Assembly: GCF_018977255.1 (NCBI RefSeq)
Contig: NW_024704742.1
Coordinates: 76,324,001-76,388,000, forward strand
Reading direction: 5' to 3'
Length of the DNA: 64,000 nt
DNA from: Callorhinchus milii
Taxonomy: Eukaryota
The number at the start of each line of letters is the position of its first letter. Positions within the stretch are counted from its first letter, which is position 1. Shown piece after piece: positions 12,876 to 25,390 of this stretch. The notes below the pieces were generated by a model. That model made no database searches, had not been told where the DNA came from, and saw only the letters and a list, made by a program, of their open reading frames with translations. The position numbers and the translations under genes were made by a program.

Positions 12876-13882
12876 AATGGAGCAGCCAGAGCCTGCTGAA
12901 GGGAGGGAGTGGACAGGTTGATAGGGGGTTAGCAAGTCAGAGAGCTAGGAGGGTGCAAGGCAATGGAGGGCCTTGAAAGTGAGGATGAGAATTTTGAATT
13001 CTATCCTCTGAGGGATGGGGAGCCAGCAGAGCTGGGCAAGGATGGATGTGATGGGGTCACGGAGTCTGGTGCAGGAGAAGATGTGAGCTGTAGAGTTCTG
13101 GATGATCTGCAGCTTGTGGAGGGAAGCATTGGGGAAACCGACAAGGAGGGAGTTGCCGTAGTCGAGCCTTGAAGTGACGAATGCGTGTATGAGGATTTTG
13201 GTGGCCTGAGGGGGAAGCAGTGGCAGAGTCGGGCAATGTTGCAAAGGTGGGGGAAAGCAGAGCAGGTCATGGCATGGATATGGGAGAGAAAGGACAGTTG
13301 AGGGTCAAACAAGATGCCCAGGTTCCTAACTGGGTTGATGAGGTGGAGTGTGCAACCATGGATGCTGATACTACTTGGGTCTGAGGTGCAGGGGGGCTGA
13401 CGCGAGTCAATCAGGGGAGCCTCAGTCTTGCTGACATTCAACTGTAGAAAGTTGGCTCTCATCCAGGACTTGATGTCTGACAAACAGTCTGTCAGGACAT
13501 CAGTGGTCCTGGAATCGAGGGTGGAGGACTGAGATAGAGTCGGGTGTCATCCGCAGACATGCAGAAGTTAACCCCATGTCTGTGGATGATGTCATCAAGA
13601 GGGAACATGTAGAGGTTGCAAAGGAGGGGACCAAGGACAGAGCCCTGAGGAACACACACAAGACTATGTGGGGTCTGGAAGAGAAACCATTGGGGGAGAT
13701 AAATTGGAGATGGTGTGAGAGATAAGACCTGAACAATTCAAAGACAGAACCATGAAGGTTGAGATGAGAGGAGAGGCGGTGGAGAAGGATGGAGTGGTCC
13801 ATGGTATTAAAGGCAGCAGAGAGGTCGAGGAGGACAAGGAGGCAGAGGGAGCCCTGATCACAGATGTTCAGAAAGTCATTAG

Positions 13883-16294
13883 AACATAAGAACATAAGAA
13901 TTAGGAGCAGGAGTAAACCATTCGGCACCTCGAGCCTCTCATTCAATAAGATCATGGCTGATCTATTCTAACTCCAACTATCCGCCTTATCCCCATATCC
14001 CTTAATCCCTTTATCCACAAGAAATCTATCAATCTCAGTCTTGAATATGTTCAAGGACTGAGCATCTACAGCCCTGTGGGGTAGAGAATTCCATAAATTC
14101 ACTACCCTCTGAGTGAAGAAGTTTTTCCTCAACTCAGTGCAAAAGGGCTTACCCCGAATTTTAAGACTGTGACTCCTGGTTATAGTTTCTCCAACCAGAG
14201 GAAAAAGTCTCCCACTAGCTATTCTGTCGTGTCCCTTTATAATCTTATAGGTTTCTATAAGATCACCTCTCATTCTTCTATATTCTAGAGAATATAGGCC
14301 TAAACTGCTCAACCTATTCTCATAAGTCATCCCCCTCATCCCAGGTACCAACCTAGTGAATCTACATTGTACCCCCTCCAAGGCGAGTACATCCTTTCTT
14401 AAATAAGGAGATCAAAACTGCACGCATTACTCTAGGTGCAGTCTTACCAGGGCCCTATACAGTTGCAACAAGACTTCCTATTCTTATATTGTAACCCTTT
14501 TGTAACAAATGCCAACATGCCGGTTGCCTTCCTAATTGCTTGCTGTGTCTGCAAACTAACTTTTTGTGACTGGTGTACCAGGACACCCAAGTCCCTCTGA
14601 ACGCTAACACTATCTGGTCTCTCCCCTTCTAAAAAATAATCTGCTCTACTCTTTTTGCCACCAAAGTGGATGACCTCACACTTCCCTACATTATACTTCA
14701 TCTGCCACCTATTACCCACTCACCTAGCCTATCTATATCGCGTTGCATTTTTTTAATGTCATCCTCGGTGTTTACTCTCCCTCCTAGTTTAGTGTCATCT
14801 GTGAATTTGGATATATTAAGTTCAATGTCCTTATCTGGATCGTTGGCTGGACTATGGGAACTCTCTCCTCGCCGGCCTTCCCGCCACCTCCCTCCACAAG
14901 CTGCAGGTCATTCAGAACTCTGCAGCTCGTGTACTGTCCCGCACCAGGCTTCGGGACCACATCACTCCCACCCTCGCTCGCCTCCACTGGCTCCCCATCC
15001 CCCAGAGGATTGATTTCAAGATCCTCATCCTCACCTACAAGGCCATTCACGGCCTTGCTCCCTCTCCAACCTACTATCCCCCTACCTACCTGCCCGTACT
15101 CTCCGTTCCTCTGGCTCCGGTCTGCTCCACGTCCCCCGCCCCAATCGCCCTACCATCGGTGGTCGGGCTTTCAGCCTCTCAGCCCTTAGGCTCTGGAACT
15201 CTATCCCCCAGTGCCTTCGCCGCTTCCTCCCTCTCCTCCTTCAAGGCCGGTCTCAAAACCTTTCTCTTTGACCGAGCCTTCAGCTCCCCTCTCGACTCTC
15301 TTCCCCCTCCTCGCTCCCTCCCTTCCCTCCCCTCACCCTAACCATTACCCCCTCCTCGCTCCCTCCCTTCCCTCCCCCTGACCATTTCCCCCCTGCTCGG
15401 GTCATGACCCAACTGAGCAGCGCCTTGGGACGTCCTCCTGACGTGAAAGGCGCTTTATAAATGGAATCTTGTTGTTGTTGTTGTTGACGTAGATTGTAAA
15501 TAGTTGAGGCCCTAGCACTGATCCTTGTGGCACTCCACTAGTCAAATCCCGCCAATCTGAGAAGGACTCGTTTATTCCTACTCCTTGTTTCTTCCCATTA
15601 GCCATTCTTCAATCCATGCTAATCTATTCCCCTTAATTCCGTGGGCCCCAATCTTGTAGATCAACCTTTTATGCGGCACTTTATCGAATGCCTTTTGGAA
15701 ATCTAAATACACTACATCCACTGATTCCCCCCTATCTAACTTACTTGATATGTCCTCATCTTTTCTCTCCCACCCTTCTTAAATGGTGGTGTGACGTTTG
15801 CGATCTTCCAATCAATGGGAACTGTTCCAGAATCCAAAGAATTTTGGAAGATCAGACACAAGGCCTCCACTATCTCATGAGCTACCTCTTTTAAAACCTT
15901 AGGATATAGAACATCAGGTCCAGGGGACTTGTCACTTTTTAATGCCAACAATTTCCCTAGCACCAATTCTTTGCTAATGTAAATTTCCCTAAGTTGCTCC
16001 CTCTCATTAGCCCCTTGGTCCATCTCTATTTCTGGTAAACTTCTTGTGTCTTCTAACGTGAAGACAGAAGCAAAGTATTTATTTAGGGACTCTGCCATAT
16101 CCATATCCCCCATTATAATTCCTCCTGTCTCTGCCTGTAATGGACCCACATTTACTTTTGCTAGCCTATTCCTCTTAATGTATTTATAAAAACTCTTATA
16201 AAGTAAGTGTCTTAATGTTCCTAGCTAGCTTGCCCTCATATTCCATTGTTCCATTTTCTCACTCTTAATGAGCTTTTTGGTTTTCAGTGACTTT
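13883..16294 (-). mobile_element. CR1-clade LINE, 5'-truncated and frameshifted ORF2 (RT)
   Basis: ORF pieces [53 protein letters not shown]. Tandem AGAACATA tail at about 13881-13900. Confidence 0.92.
14846..15486 (+). mobile_element. Young L2 3' fragment nested in CR1
   Basis: Near-identical to 35263-35865 and 53483-54070. (TTG)n tail. Confidence 0.92.
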
Positions 16295-16947
16295 TTAGTG
16301 ACTTTGACCAGGGCTGTTTCCGTGCTGTGGGCAGTGCGGAAGCCGGATTGGAGAGGTTCAAAGAGGGAATGGCGAGAAAGAAAGGAGCGGAGCTGGGACG
16401 CGACGACTCATTCCAGGACCTTGGAGAGGAATGGGAGGTCAGAGATGGTGCGGTAGCTGGAGAGGAGGAATAGATCCAGGGAAGGTTTTTTCAAGATGGG
16501 GTGATGACGGCTGTTTTTAGGGAGTTGGGAACTGAACCGGTGGACAAGGAACGAGGAGGCAGAGGGAGCCCTGGTCATAGATGGACAGGATGTCGTTTGT
16601 CACCTTGACCAGAGCAGTTTCTGTGCTGCTCACGGAGGTGAGGGCAGAGCGCTACTTTTGATGTGGTCCAACCAGATCTGCCGGTAGATCATTAGATCAG
16701 AATTGAACCAGGTGTGTTCGGCAGCATGCATCTGACACTTGAGGGAGCGGAAGTGTTGGTATACCAGGGTGAGCTTCGTGAGTAGGAGACTGTTCGGGAA
16801 GTGAGGGGTGCAAGGACATCAAGAGTAGTGGAGACGGAGTTGTGGAACAGAATGAGCGAGGAGGATAATTCAACGCGGGAGGTAGGCCAGAGGGGGAGGA
16901 ATTCAAATGACTCCAGGGCAGCGGAGAGAGATTGTGGGGACTAGATA

Positions 16948-17256
16948 TGGAGTCCTGTAGCTCAGTGGTTAGAGCAGTCGCCTTGCAAGCAAGACACATG
17001 GGTTCAATTCCAGGAAGGGCAAAACCTTGGGTAAGTTTTCTTACTCCACACGCCTTATAATAATTCCTCCAAAACACAAAACAATAATAAATTGGTCATT
17101 TTCAATCCACGTCTGTCTGTGGTACACTGCTGTGTGCAATTGGCTGCCGCATTTCGCCCACAAATATACGGTCAATTTACTTTACAGCATATTCTGTGAA
17201 GCGCTTTGAGACGTCGAGAAGACGTGAAAAGCGCTATATCAAATGCAAGGATTATT
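16948..17256 (+). mobile_element. Full-length tRNA-headed SINE
   Basis: Head ggagtcctgtagctcagtggttagagc, B box ggttcaattcc, L2-like tail. Confidence 0.9.
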
Positions 17257-17509
17257 AGATAAGCTAGAGTTCTTCAGCTTTGAAAGGGACATCTCACAGA
17301 GGGACTTATGGCATTATATAAGATGCTTAATGAAATAGAAACAGAAAACTTCAGCAACGGGAGGTCAAATGTTCAGAGTTTTTAAAGGACAGACACAAGT
17401 AAATACTTAAAGATAGTACATTAGAAGTACTGTATTAATTGGGACAAGGTATGAAAATGGTGTGAATGTCAGATCTCTATGTGTGTGTGTGTGGGGGGGT
17501 GGGGCTTTC

Positions 17510-17975
17510 TTTCTGTGCCTGTTACCCCCATTCTCGCTGACTCCACTGGCTTCCCATCACAGAGAGGATACCGTTCAAGGTCCTGGTCCTCACTTTAAAG
17601 CCTTCCATGGCCTCACTCCCCCTATCTCTGGAACCTCCTGACCCCCTACCATCCTGCCCGCTCCCTTCACTCAGCGGGCTCCGGCTTGCTTCACATCCAC
17701 TGCCTCACCCGCCCCACCATTGGCGGTTGGGCCTTCAACCACTCTGTCCCCACCCACTGGAACTCCATCCCGCAGTCCCTCCACCTCCTCCCCTTCCTTG
17801 TCTCCTTCAAGACCCATCTCAAGACCCTCCTCTTCGTCCGTGTTTTCGATCTCCCTGCTTCCCCCGCTGCCGTACCCCAACCCTCTGCCTGGGTCCGTAA
17901 TTCTGTCTGTCCAGCGCCTTGGGATGTCCTCCCGACGTGAAAGGTGCTATACAAATGTAATGTTGTTGTTGTTAT
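17510..17975 (+). mobile_element. L2 3' fragment
   Basis: TIGGWAFNHS...WNSIP remnant and (TTG)n tail. Confidence 0.85.
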
Positions 17976-18931
17976 TGTCTCTGTGTGTTTATGTAGGTGT
18001 CTAGCTCCTTGTGTGCGCGAGTGCACGTATTTCTTCCTTTCTAATCTCTCCAATGCTGTATTTACCTGGGTCAGATCTCTCCACCTGAGGCTGCTCAGGA
18101 ATCTCAAACATGCTGAGAGGCGCACAGCTAAAAGCTAATTGCTGACATTGCATCTGACTTTGCAGGGTTCTGAAGAGAATAAGTGGACGTGTGGATAGTC
18201 TGTGTGTGGTTACATGGCATTCTGCTGTAATTAACAACTGAAATGAGTTACTATAAAACTGATCATTCACACCATAGTTGCTTGTGGGACATTGGCTGCT
18301 GTGGTTTCCCACAACACACACAGTCACACCACTTTATGGTATATTCTGTGAAGCGTTTTGAGATATATTGGTAATGTGATAATGTGCTCTATCAAATGCA
18401 ATGATTATTTTTTAAACAATAACAACTTTTAAATAGTAGCGCTTTGGTTGAGGTGGATGTAAAGGAACCCTACTGTTACTATTTCAAAGAAATGTGGCTC
18501 TTTCTCTCTGGTTTATGTTTACCTCCTAATCCAGATTAATCCCCTTTAGTCGAAAAAAAAAGGGAGACAATCTAGTCTCATTCAAGAAACAACTTGATGC
18601 TGTAATATGAAGGCAGCACAGGAGGATGGATGTTCTGGAAAGAGATCAAATGTGCTGAAGGGTCTTCTCCATCTGAACATTCCTTGTGCTCTTGTGGTGT
18701 GTTCTGGTTCTCTCACTGTATTTCTGAACAGCGTTGACCATTACTTGGTTCCAGTTCAGATATTTGCACACACTGGAACCCAGTGTTTCACCTGACACCT
18801 TCCAATATACTCCCAAGAAAGATCCCAGGCGACCGACCCCCCCCCAAAAAAAAACACAAAACAATTCAGCAAAGCACTCTGCCCTTCCCTTCCCTCCACT
18901 ATCTGCTCTTTTTGTGTGTGTGTGTGTGCAC

Positions 18932-19139
18932 TTACGCAATGACACGTCAGCTCTCCTTACAAAGGAATTAATCGGCTCTTAAGAAATTGTAACATCCCCT
19001 ATTAGAATAATATTTGCCAAATGGACGAATGCCATCGCTTTAGCTCTCCTCCTCCTGCAGCAGTGAGGTGAGGTGAGTGGTGGGGACATGTGCACGTTGA
19101 GGCTGCGGGTTCCGGCTTTTGATCACGTTGCAATATAAG
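18932..19139 (+). promoter_or_regulatory. EREG proximal promoter: C/EBP-like TTACGCAA (18932-18939), CRE/CREB3-like TGACACGTCA (18940-18949), TATA-like TATAAG (19134-19139)
   Basis: Motifs read directly. CpG-enriched unique sequence 160-370 nt upstream of the EREG ATG. Function is inferred. Confidence 0.6.
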
Positions 19140-19301
19140 TGCGAGTCTCCAGCCCTCCCGGGGAGTGCTGCAGAGTGATCGAAACCGAGCAAGAATCTGC
19201 CTGAGGGGCAACACCTGTCCGCCCGCCTTTGCTCCACACCGGCTGCTTCCCCGCAGGACCGTCTCTCATCGCCTCCCCCACTGAGATCCCTCTCTCCAGC
19301 C

Positions 19302-19353
19302 ATGAGCAGCTCCAGACGTTTCAACCTCTGCACCGCCTTCCTTGTTACTATAG
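19302..19353 (+). CDS. EREG: Epiregulin exon 1: start of signal peptide MSSSRRFNLCTAFLVTI
   Basis: Kozak-like gccATG at 19302, donor G|gtaag at 19353/19354 (phase 1), downstream of a TATA-like box in a CpG-rich patch. Joins exon 2 in frame. Confidence 0.82.
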
Positions 19354-19659
19354 GTAAGAGAGCGTACGCATTGCACTGTCCCTCTGCCTTTCAGCAGCTG
19401 CCCTGAAGGATGTTAGTGTTAACCAGGTATCCCGCCTCTACGATCGCGGATAGATCGTTTCCCATTGGCTTCAGTGAGATTTAGAGATTTTTTTTTACTG
19501 TGATATTCTGCATCTGACATAAGGGGAAGGGGTTGCACTGTTCCTGTGTAAGCATCTTTTTCACAATGAATGTACTGAAGATGCCCAATAATGCTATGCA
19601 CAATTCACCGGATTGGGAGCTCCACTTATGTCTGTCCTTTGTGGTTTCTAATCTTTATC

Positions 19660-20130
19660 TCAACAGCAATTTACATTTACACAGCACCTTGCTCATGAGG
19701 AATCATTTTGAAGGCTTCACATACCTGACCCAGAGCCTGAGCTGGGGAGTGGGAGCGGCGGGGTGGGGGGAACGGTCAGTCTTAAGGCAGGTTTTGAAGG
19801 CAGGGAGGAGGGGAGAATGTGGAAGGACTCAGTAATGGAGATCCAGAGAGCGCGAGAAGAATGGTTGAAAGCTCGCCCACCGACGGTGAGGCAACTCGGA
19901 CCTGGAACATGACGATGTTGGCGGAGTGGAGGGAGCAGTTGGGGCGCCAGGGTCACAGGAAAGTGCAGAGGTTAAGTGGGGCGAACGAGTAGAGGGATTT
20001 GGAAGTGTGGACAAGGATCTTGATTTGCATCCCCTGGGGGATGGGGAGCCAGGGGATCTGAGTGAGAACATGGATGAGGGATTCGTCCAGCCTGATGTGA
20101 GAGAGGACAGGAGCTGCAGAGTTCTGAATA
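19660..20130 (-). mobile_element. L2 3' fragment in EREG intron 1
   Basis: IQNSAA...WLPIPQ and TVGGRAFNHS remnants. Confidence 0.8.
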
Positions 20131-23059
20131 CTAATGTAAATCACTAATAATACATTTCTAAAGTTAAAATGCTAAAAGGTTTACAATTCTCTTTGATGTG
20201 GTCAGTTATCAGTTATGGGTTTATTCACTGGTGGCGTTATTGATGGGTGAGATCACATGCTTTCTTACTATCATTTATAGACAAACTATTAAACTGGCGG
20301 GGTGAGACAACCCCTCCCCCTAAGCACTTTAAAGCATTTTTAAATATTTCAAAGTTACAGGTAACATATAATGCAAGGCTTATAATAATTACTTTTATTT
20401 ATTTTAACACTTTGCTAAAGTAATAATATTTTTGTAAATGAATTCTGTTTTGTACCACTGGACTTTACATAACTTAATGCCCAATTGTGAGCTCCAGATA
20501 ATTGGGAAAGCATTGTCTACAGTAATGCCAAGAAGTATTGCATGTAATGCTGTCATTGCTACTGTAGGAATTTCTATTCTATGTAACTTCTGATGCAATC
20601 TGTCGAATTATCTGATCAAGAGCAAAGTCTAAACAAAATGCAGCAGTACTTGTTTTTCTCGTGCCCTGAGATTCCGTTGTGTGACGATTTGGATCTTTCC
20701 TGTTGAAAACACTGTCCTGGTTTTCCAAAGTGGGTCCTGACTTTTCAAAAGTCAGGACCGACTTTGTTCACAAGTGATCACTTGTCAATTTGATTTCTAT
20801 ATCAATAGAAATCAAGAGTGATGTGAAAGCTGTTGGAATAAGATGTGGGAGTGGGTGGTAGTGGGGGATGGGAAGCTGTGACTTCCGCCTAAGGAACCTG
20901 GTTAAAACCATTCATTCCCGTTGGTTCACAACTAGGTGTCGGTTGCACTAAAGATTAGGGAAAGTGACCTACAACAACAACAACTTGCATTTATATAGCG
21001 CCCTCCATGCAGGGTAGCATCTCAGAGCGCTTAACAGTGGCGGAGCCTGATTCCGAGCCGGGGGGAGGTGGCTGTAAGCACCTCTGCCTATAATATCTGT
21101 GTGTATTGGTCATGCCTTTATGTATATTCTGATGCAACACGCACAGCAAAATGAGCCTGAAAAGGCAAATAAACGCCCAAATAGGAACAACGAGAGAGAA
21201 GCTTCCTATGATGAGAATCTCCTGCTGATTGTACAATAACATGGAAGAAAAGTTGATACCTTTGTTGAGCGTGGAGACAGATTAGATTTTTCCTTTTAGT
21301 TCCAACTCCACGAACAAAACAATCTGGTCATGAATGCAGCCAAACTATTCTTATCCCCTTAAGGACAATTTCTCTGAAGTTGAGCACTGACTTCAATCGT
21401 TCAGAAAGAGGTGAGTCAATCAAACAAGAAGTCAATTTTTTTTTCTCCCCTTGATCCTCCTTCCCTGAAACTGTTTCATAATCCTCCTCCCATAAGCAAA
21501 ATGTTACATGCTAGGGTACATTTCAATGGGTTGTTGCATTGCCTTGGGACCAAGTGCAATTGCTTATTCCTTATAAGCAAGCCTGACTGAGACGGTTTAA
21601 ATTATGGTGAGCCACCATGAAGGAATCTGTCTCCCATCCTTTCCTTTCACCCGTCTAAAGCACTTTCAGTAGGCATCAATGAACAGTGATCACAAGTGGG
21701 AATCTTACCTGATTATTTTCTGTTCTCTTGAGTGGGGGAAAAAAATAATTGATCAATTAATTGATGTACTACACTTACTGCTATCCTGATCAATACTGGC
21801 TAACTTAACAGAGAACAGAGCCTAAACCTGGGACTTTCCTTGCAAAACTAATTTCATTCTTGAATATTGGAGATGTTCAAATAAAATTCACAGATCCTCA
21901 CATCTCTGTATGTTTACAGTTCACTGTACTCCACATCCTACTGCATAACACAAAGAGGCACTGTTAAATGTCATGTATAAAAGCACTGCAATGACCTGTT
22001 AGTCAATCAACCTATTTTTCTTTGAACCCAATGGTTTTATCTCAGGTGAATTTACAAACAGAAACTCAAGCTTCTAATGATCAGTGGACAGTATGTTTCT
22101 GTTTTGTAATTTCTGCTATTCTCTTAATTTATTAATTTCACCCATTCAAAATTTCCATCCACATTAACCAAACATTTACACACTGTCTTTATTTGTAAAG
22201 TCTCAGTCTTTCCGGTGACAAGGTCAGTAACACAAACCCCAGATGCAACTATGAAAATTTTGACCTCCAATTGGCTAATAATTGATAATAATTAAATTTT
22301 CACCCGTGTAATACTTATTAACATGCAAATCATCTCATCAGATGTTGTTGCCATTTTTTGAATGTCATAATATGTATAATTGCATTTATGAATCATGAAC
22401 TATCAATGATTCTGGGACTTTGTTGATTAAGGAATCTACATCATATGTGGATGCCCCTGCTGACAATTTGCATCCAGGAAATCCATTAATTTTAATAAAC
22501 TACAAAATGTATCCACCCAACTTAATGGGCATGTGTTTTACTAAGATTTAGATGCTGAATGTTAATTATTTCCATTATTGTTCCACACTCCAAACGGAAT
22601 AAACAACAGCAACAATATTACATTTACACCTGGATTGTTAATTGTTCTAATGATAAGTAAACTTGCATAAATGACTGATGAGAGCTGCTTTGATGGCCCT
22701 CCTGATTTGATTAATAATACTTATTACAACAATTAGATGAAGAAAGGCAGTTGTCTACACTCTTAAAAAGCAAAACTCATGATCTTTGCTTTTTTTTAAA
22801 TAATCCTTTCCTTCCCTACACAGGACTGCTTACCTCTCTGCAGCTTCCCTCCAAGGAAAGAGCAGAATGGCCTAGGCTTTGCTTTTATCTTTTATTCCCA
22901 TGGTTTACTGAGGTTAATAAACAAATACTTATATTCGGTAAGGTGCCTTTCACAATGGGAGGATATCTCAAAGCACTTCGCAAGATTTAATGTAAAGAAC
23001 AGTTACTGTGTGGTTTTGTGGGTGAATGCGATAGCCAATTTGTGTACAGCAATGTCTTA

Positions 23060-25390
23060 CAAACAGCAACAAAATTACATTTGTATAGCGCCTTTCACGT
23101 TGGGAGGACATCCCAAGGAGCTAGACAGACAGAGTTACGGACCCAAGCTGAGGGTTGGGGTAGGGGAGAGGGTAGGGCGGGGGGGAAGTAGGCAGATTGA
23201 AAGTATGGATGAAGAGGAGGGTCTTGAGGTGGGTCCTGAAGGTGGCAAGGGAGGGGGTGTGATGGAGTTCCAGAGGATGGATGCAGAGTGGCGGAAGGCC
23301 CGCCCGCCGATAGTGGAACGAGCAAGGTGGGGGACGTGAAGCAAGCTGGAGCCCGCTGAGCGGAGGAGCGAATAAGGTGGTAGGGGGTTAAGAGGTCAAA
23401 GAGGTAGGGGGGAGCAAAACCGTGGAGGGCTTTGAAGGTGAGGACTAGGGTCTTGAACTGTATCCTTTGTGTGATGGGAAGCCAGTGGAGTTGGGCAAGG
23501 ATGGGGGTGATAGGTTCGCGGAGCCTAGTGCGGGTAAGGAAAGGGCTGCAGAGTTCTGGATGATTTGTAGTCTATGGAGGGAGAAGTTGGGGAGGCCAAC
23601 AAGTAATGAGTTAGCATAGTCGAGCCTTGATGTAATGAAAGCATGTATGATGGTTTCGGCGGCCTGCGGTGTGAGACAATGTTGGAGCCGGGTGATGTTC
23701 CGGAGGTGGGAGAAGGCAGTGCAGGTCATGGTGCAGATGTGGGTTAGAAAGGATAGTTGAGGGTCAAACAAGACCCCAAGGTTCCGCCCTGGCTTAGTGA
23801 GGTGGAGTGTGCAACCATGGATGGTGATGCTGTCAGTGCCTGAGGAGGCGCTGACGGGAGCTAATCAGGAGAGCCTTGGTCTTGTTGACGTTCACCTGAA
23901 GAAAGTTAGCGTTCATCCAGAACTTGCCCGACTCCACTGTCTCCCCATTCCCCAGAGGATCAAGTTCAAGATCTTCGTCCTCACTTTTAAGGTCATCCAT
24001 GGCCTTGCTCCCTCCCACCTCTCTGATCTGCTGACTCCTTACCAACTTGCCCACTTCCTCTGTTCAGCGGGCTCTGGCCTGCTCCATGTCTCCTGCCTGA
24101 CCCACCCTACCATTGGTGGCCGGGCTTTCAGCCTCTCTGCCCCCACACTCTGGAACTCTATCCCATAGTCCTTTCGCTTTGCTTCCTCCCTTGCCTCCTT
24201 CAAGGCCGGTCTCAAGACCCTTCTCTTCGATCGTGCCTTTGGTTGCCCTCCCACCTTTCTACCTTCCCTCACCCCTACACCACCCCGCCCCCATGCTCAG
24301 GCCCCGACACCTGACTGTTCAGCGCTTTGGGATGTCCTCCTGATGTGAAAGGCGCTCTATAAATGTAATTTGGTTGTTGTTGATGATGTCTGACAGACAT
24401 TCTGTCAGCACAGCAGTAGTCCTGGAGTCAAGGGTGGAGATAGAAGTAGAGTTGGGTGTCGTCCTCATACATATGGAAGTTGACCCCATGTCAGCAGATG
24501 ATGTCACCAAGGGGGAGCATATAGATATTGAAGAGGAGGGGACCAAGGACAGAGCCCTGAGGAATGCCGCACGAGACGGTCCAGGGACTAGAGAAGCTGT
24601 TTGAGGAGATGAAGTGCAAGTGGTGTGAGAGGTACAATCTGAACCAATCAAGGACAGCGCGGTTGAGGTGAGAGGAGAGGCGGTGGATGAGGATAGAGTG
24701 GTCAGCAGAGAGGTCAATGAGAACGAGGAGGCAGAGGGAGCCCTGGTCGCAGATGGACACAATGTCATTTGTCACTTTGACCAGGGTGGTGTCTGTGCTG
24801 TGGGCAGCACGGAAGCCCGATTGGAGGGGTTCGAGAAGGGAGTGGCGGGAGAGGAAGGAGTGAAGCTGAGAAGCAACAACTCATTCCTTGGAGAGGAAGG
24901 GGAGATTGGAGATGGGGTGGTAATTAGGGAGTAGAGAAGGGTCCAGGGAGGGTTTTTTAAGGATAGGAGTGATGACAGCATTTTTTAATGGGGTGGGAAC
25001 AGTACGAGAGGACAGGGAGAGGTTAATGATGTCAGTGAGTAGAGGGGCAAGCAGGTGGAGCTGGGAGGTAAGGAGTGAGGTAGGGATGGGGTCAAGGGAG
25101 CAGGTGATAGGTTTCATGCAGATTGTGTTGGTGATGAGAGAGGAGGGGGAGATGGGTTCAAAGATGTGGAGGGAGGGGTAGGTAGGGGCTGGGGTGGGTG
25201 GAGGAGATGGGGAGGGGGTAGCAGTGGTAGCTGAGCAGATTCCCTCTACTTGGATTTGAGGAAGTTCAGCATTGCCTTGCAGTTGGCATTTGAGGTGAGG
25301 ATGGGTGAGGCGTGAGAGGGTGGGCAAAGGAGTTGGTTCATGATGGAGAAGAGGAGCCTGGGGTTGCCCTTAGCCTCCAAGATTGCATTC
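23060..25390 (-). mobile_element. L2 LINE RT fragment with an oppositely oriented L2 3' piece nested at about 23927-24385
   Basis: KNAVITPILKKPSLDP and [17 protein letters not shown]. Host sequence resumes across the insert. Confidence 0.88.

Larger units (their letters stand above)
12274..16940 (-). mobile_element. L2-clade LINE (RT region) split by nested SINE (12585-12875), CR1 (13883-16294) and L2 (14846-15486)
   Basis: RT motifs LLDLSAAF and SDIKSWMRANFLQLN. The host L2 sequence is continuous across the CR1 insertion at ttag (13879-13882 and 16295-16298). Confidence 0.88.
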
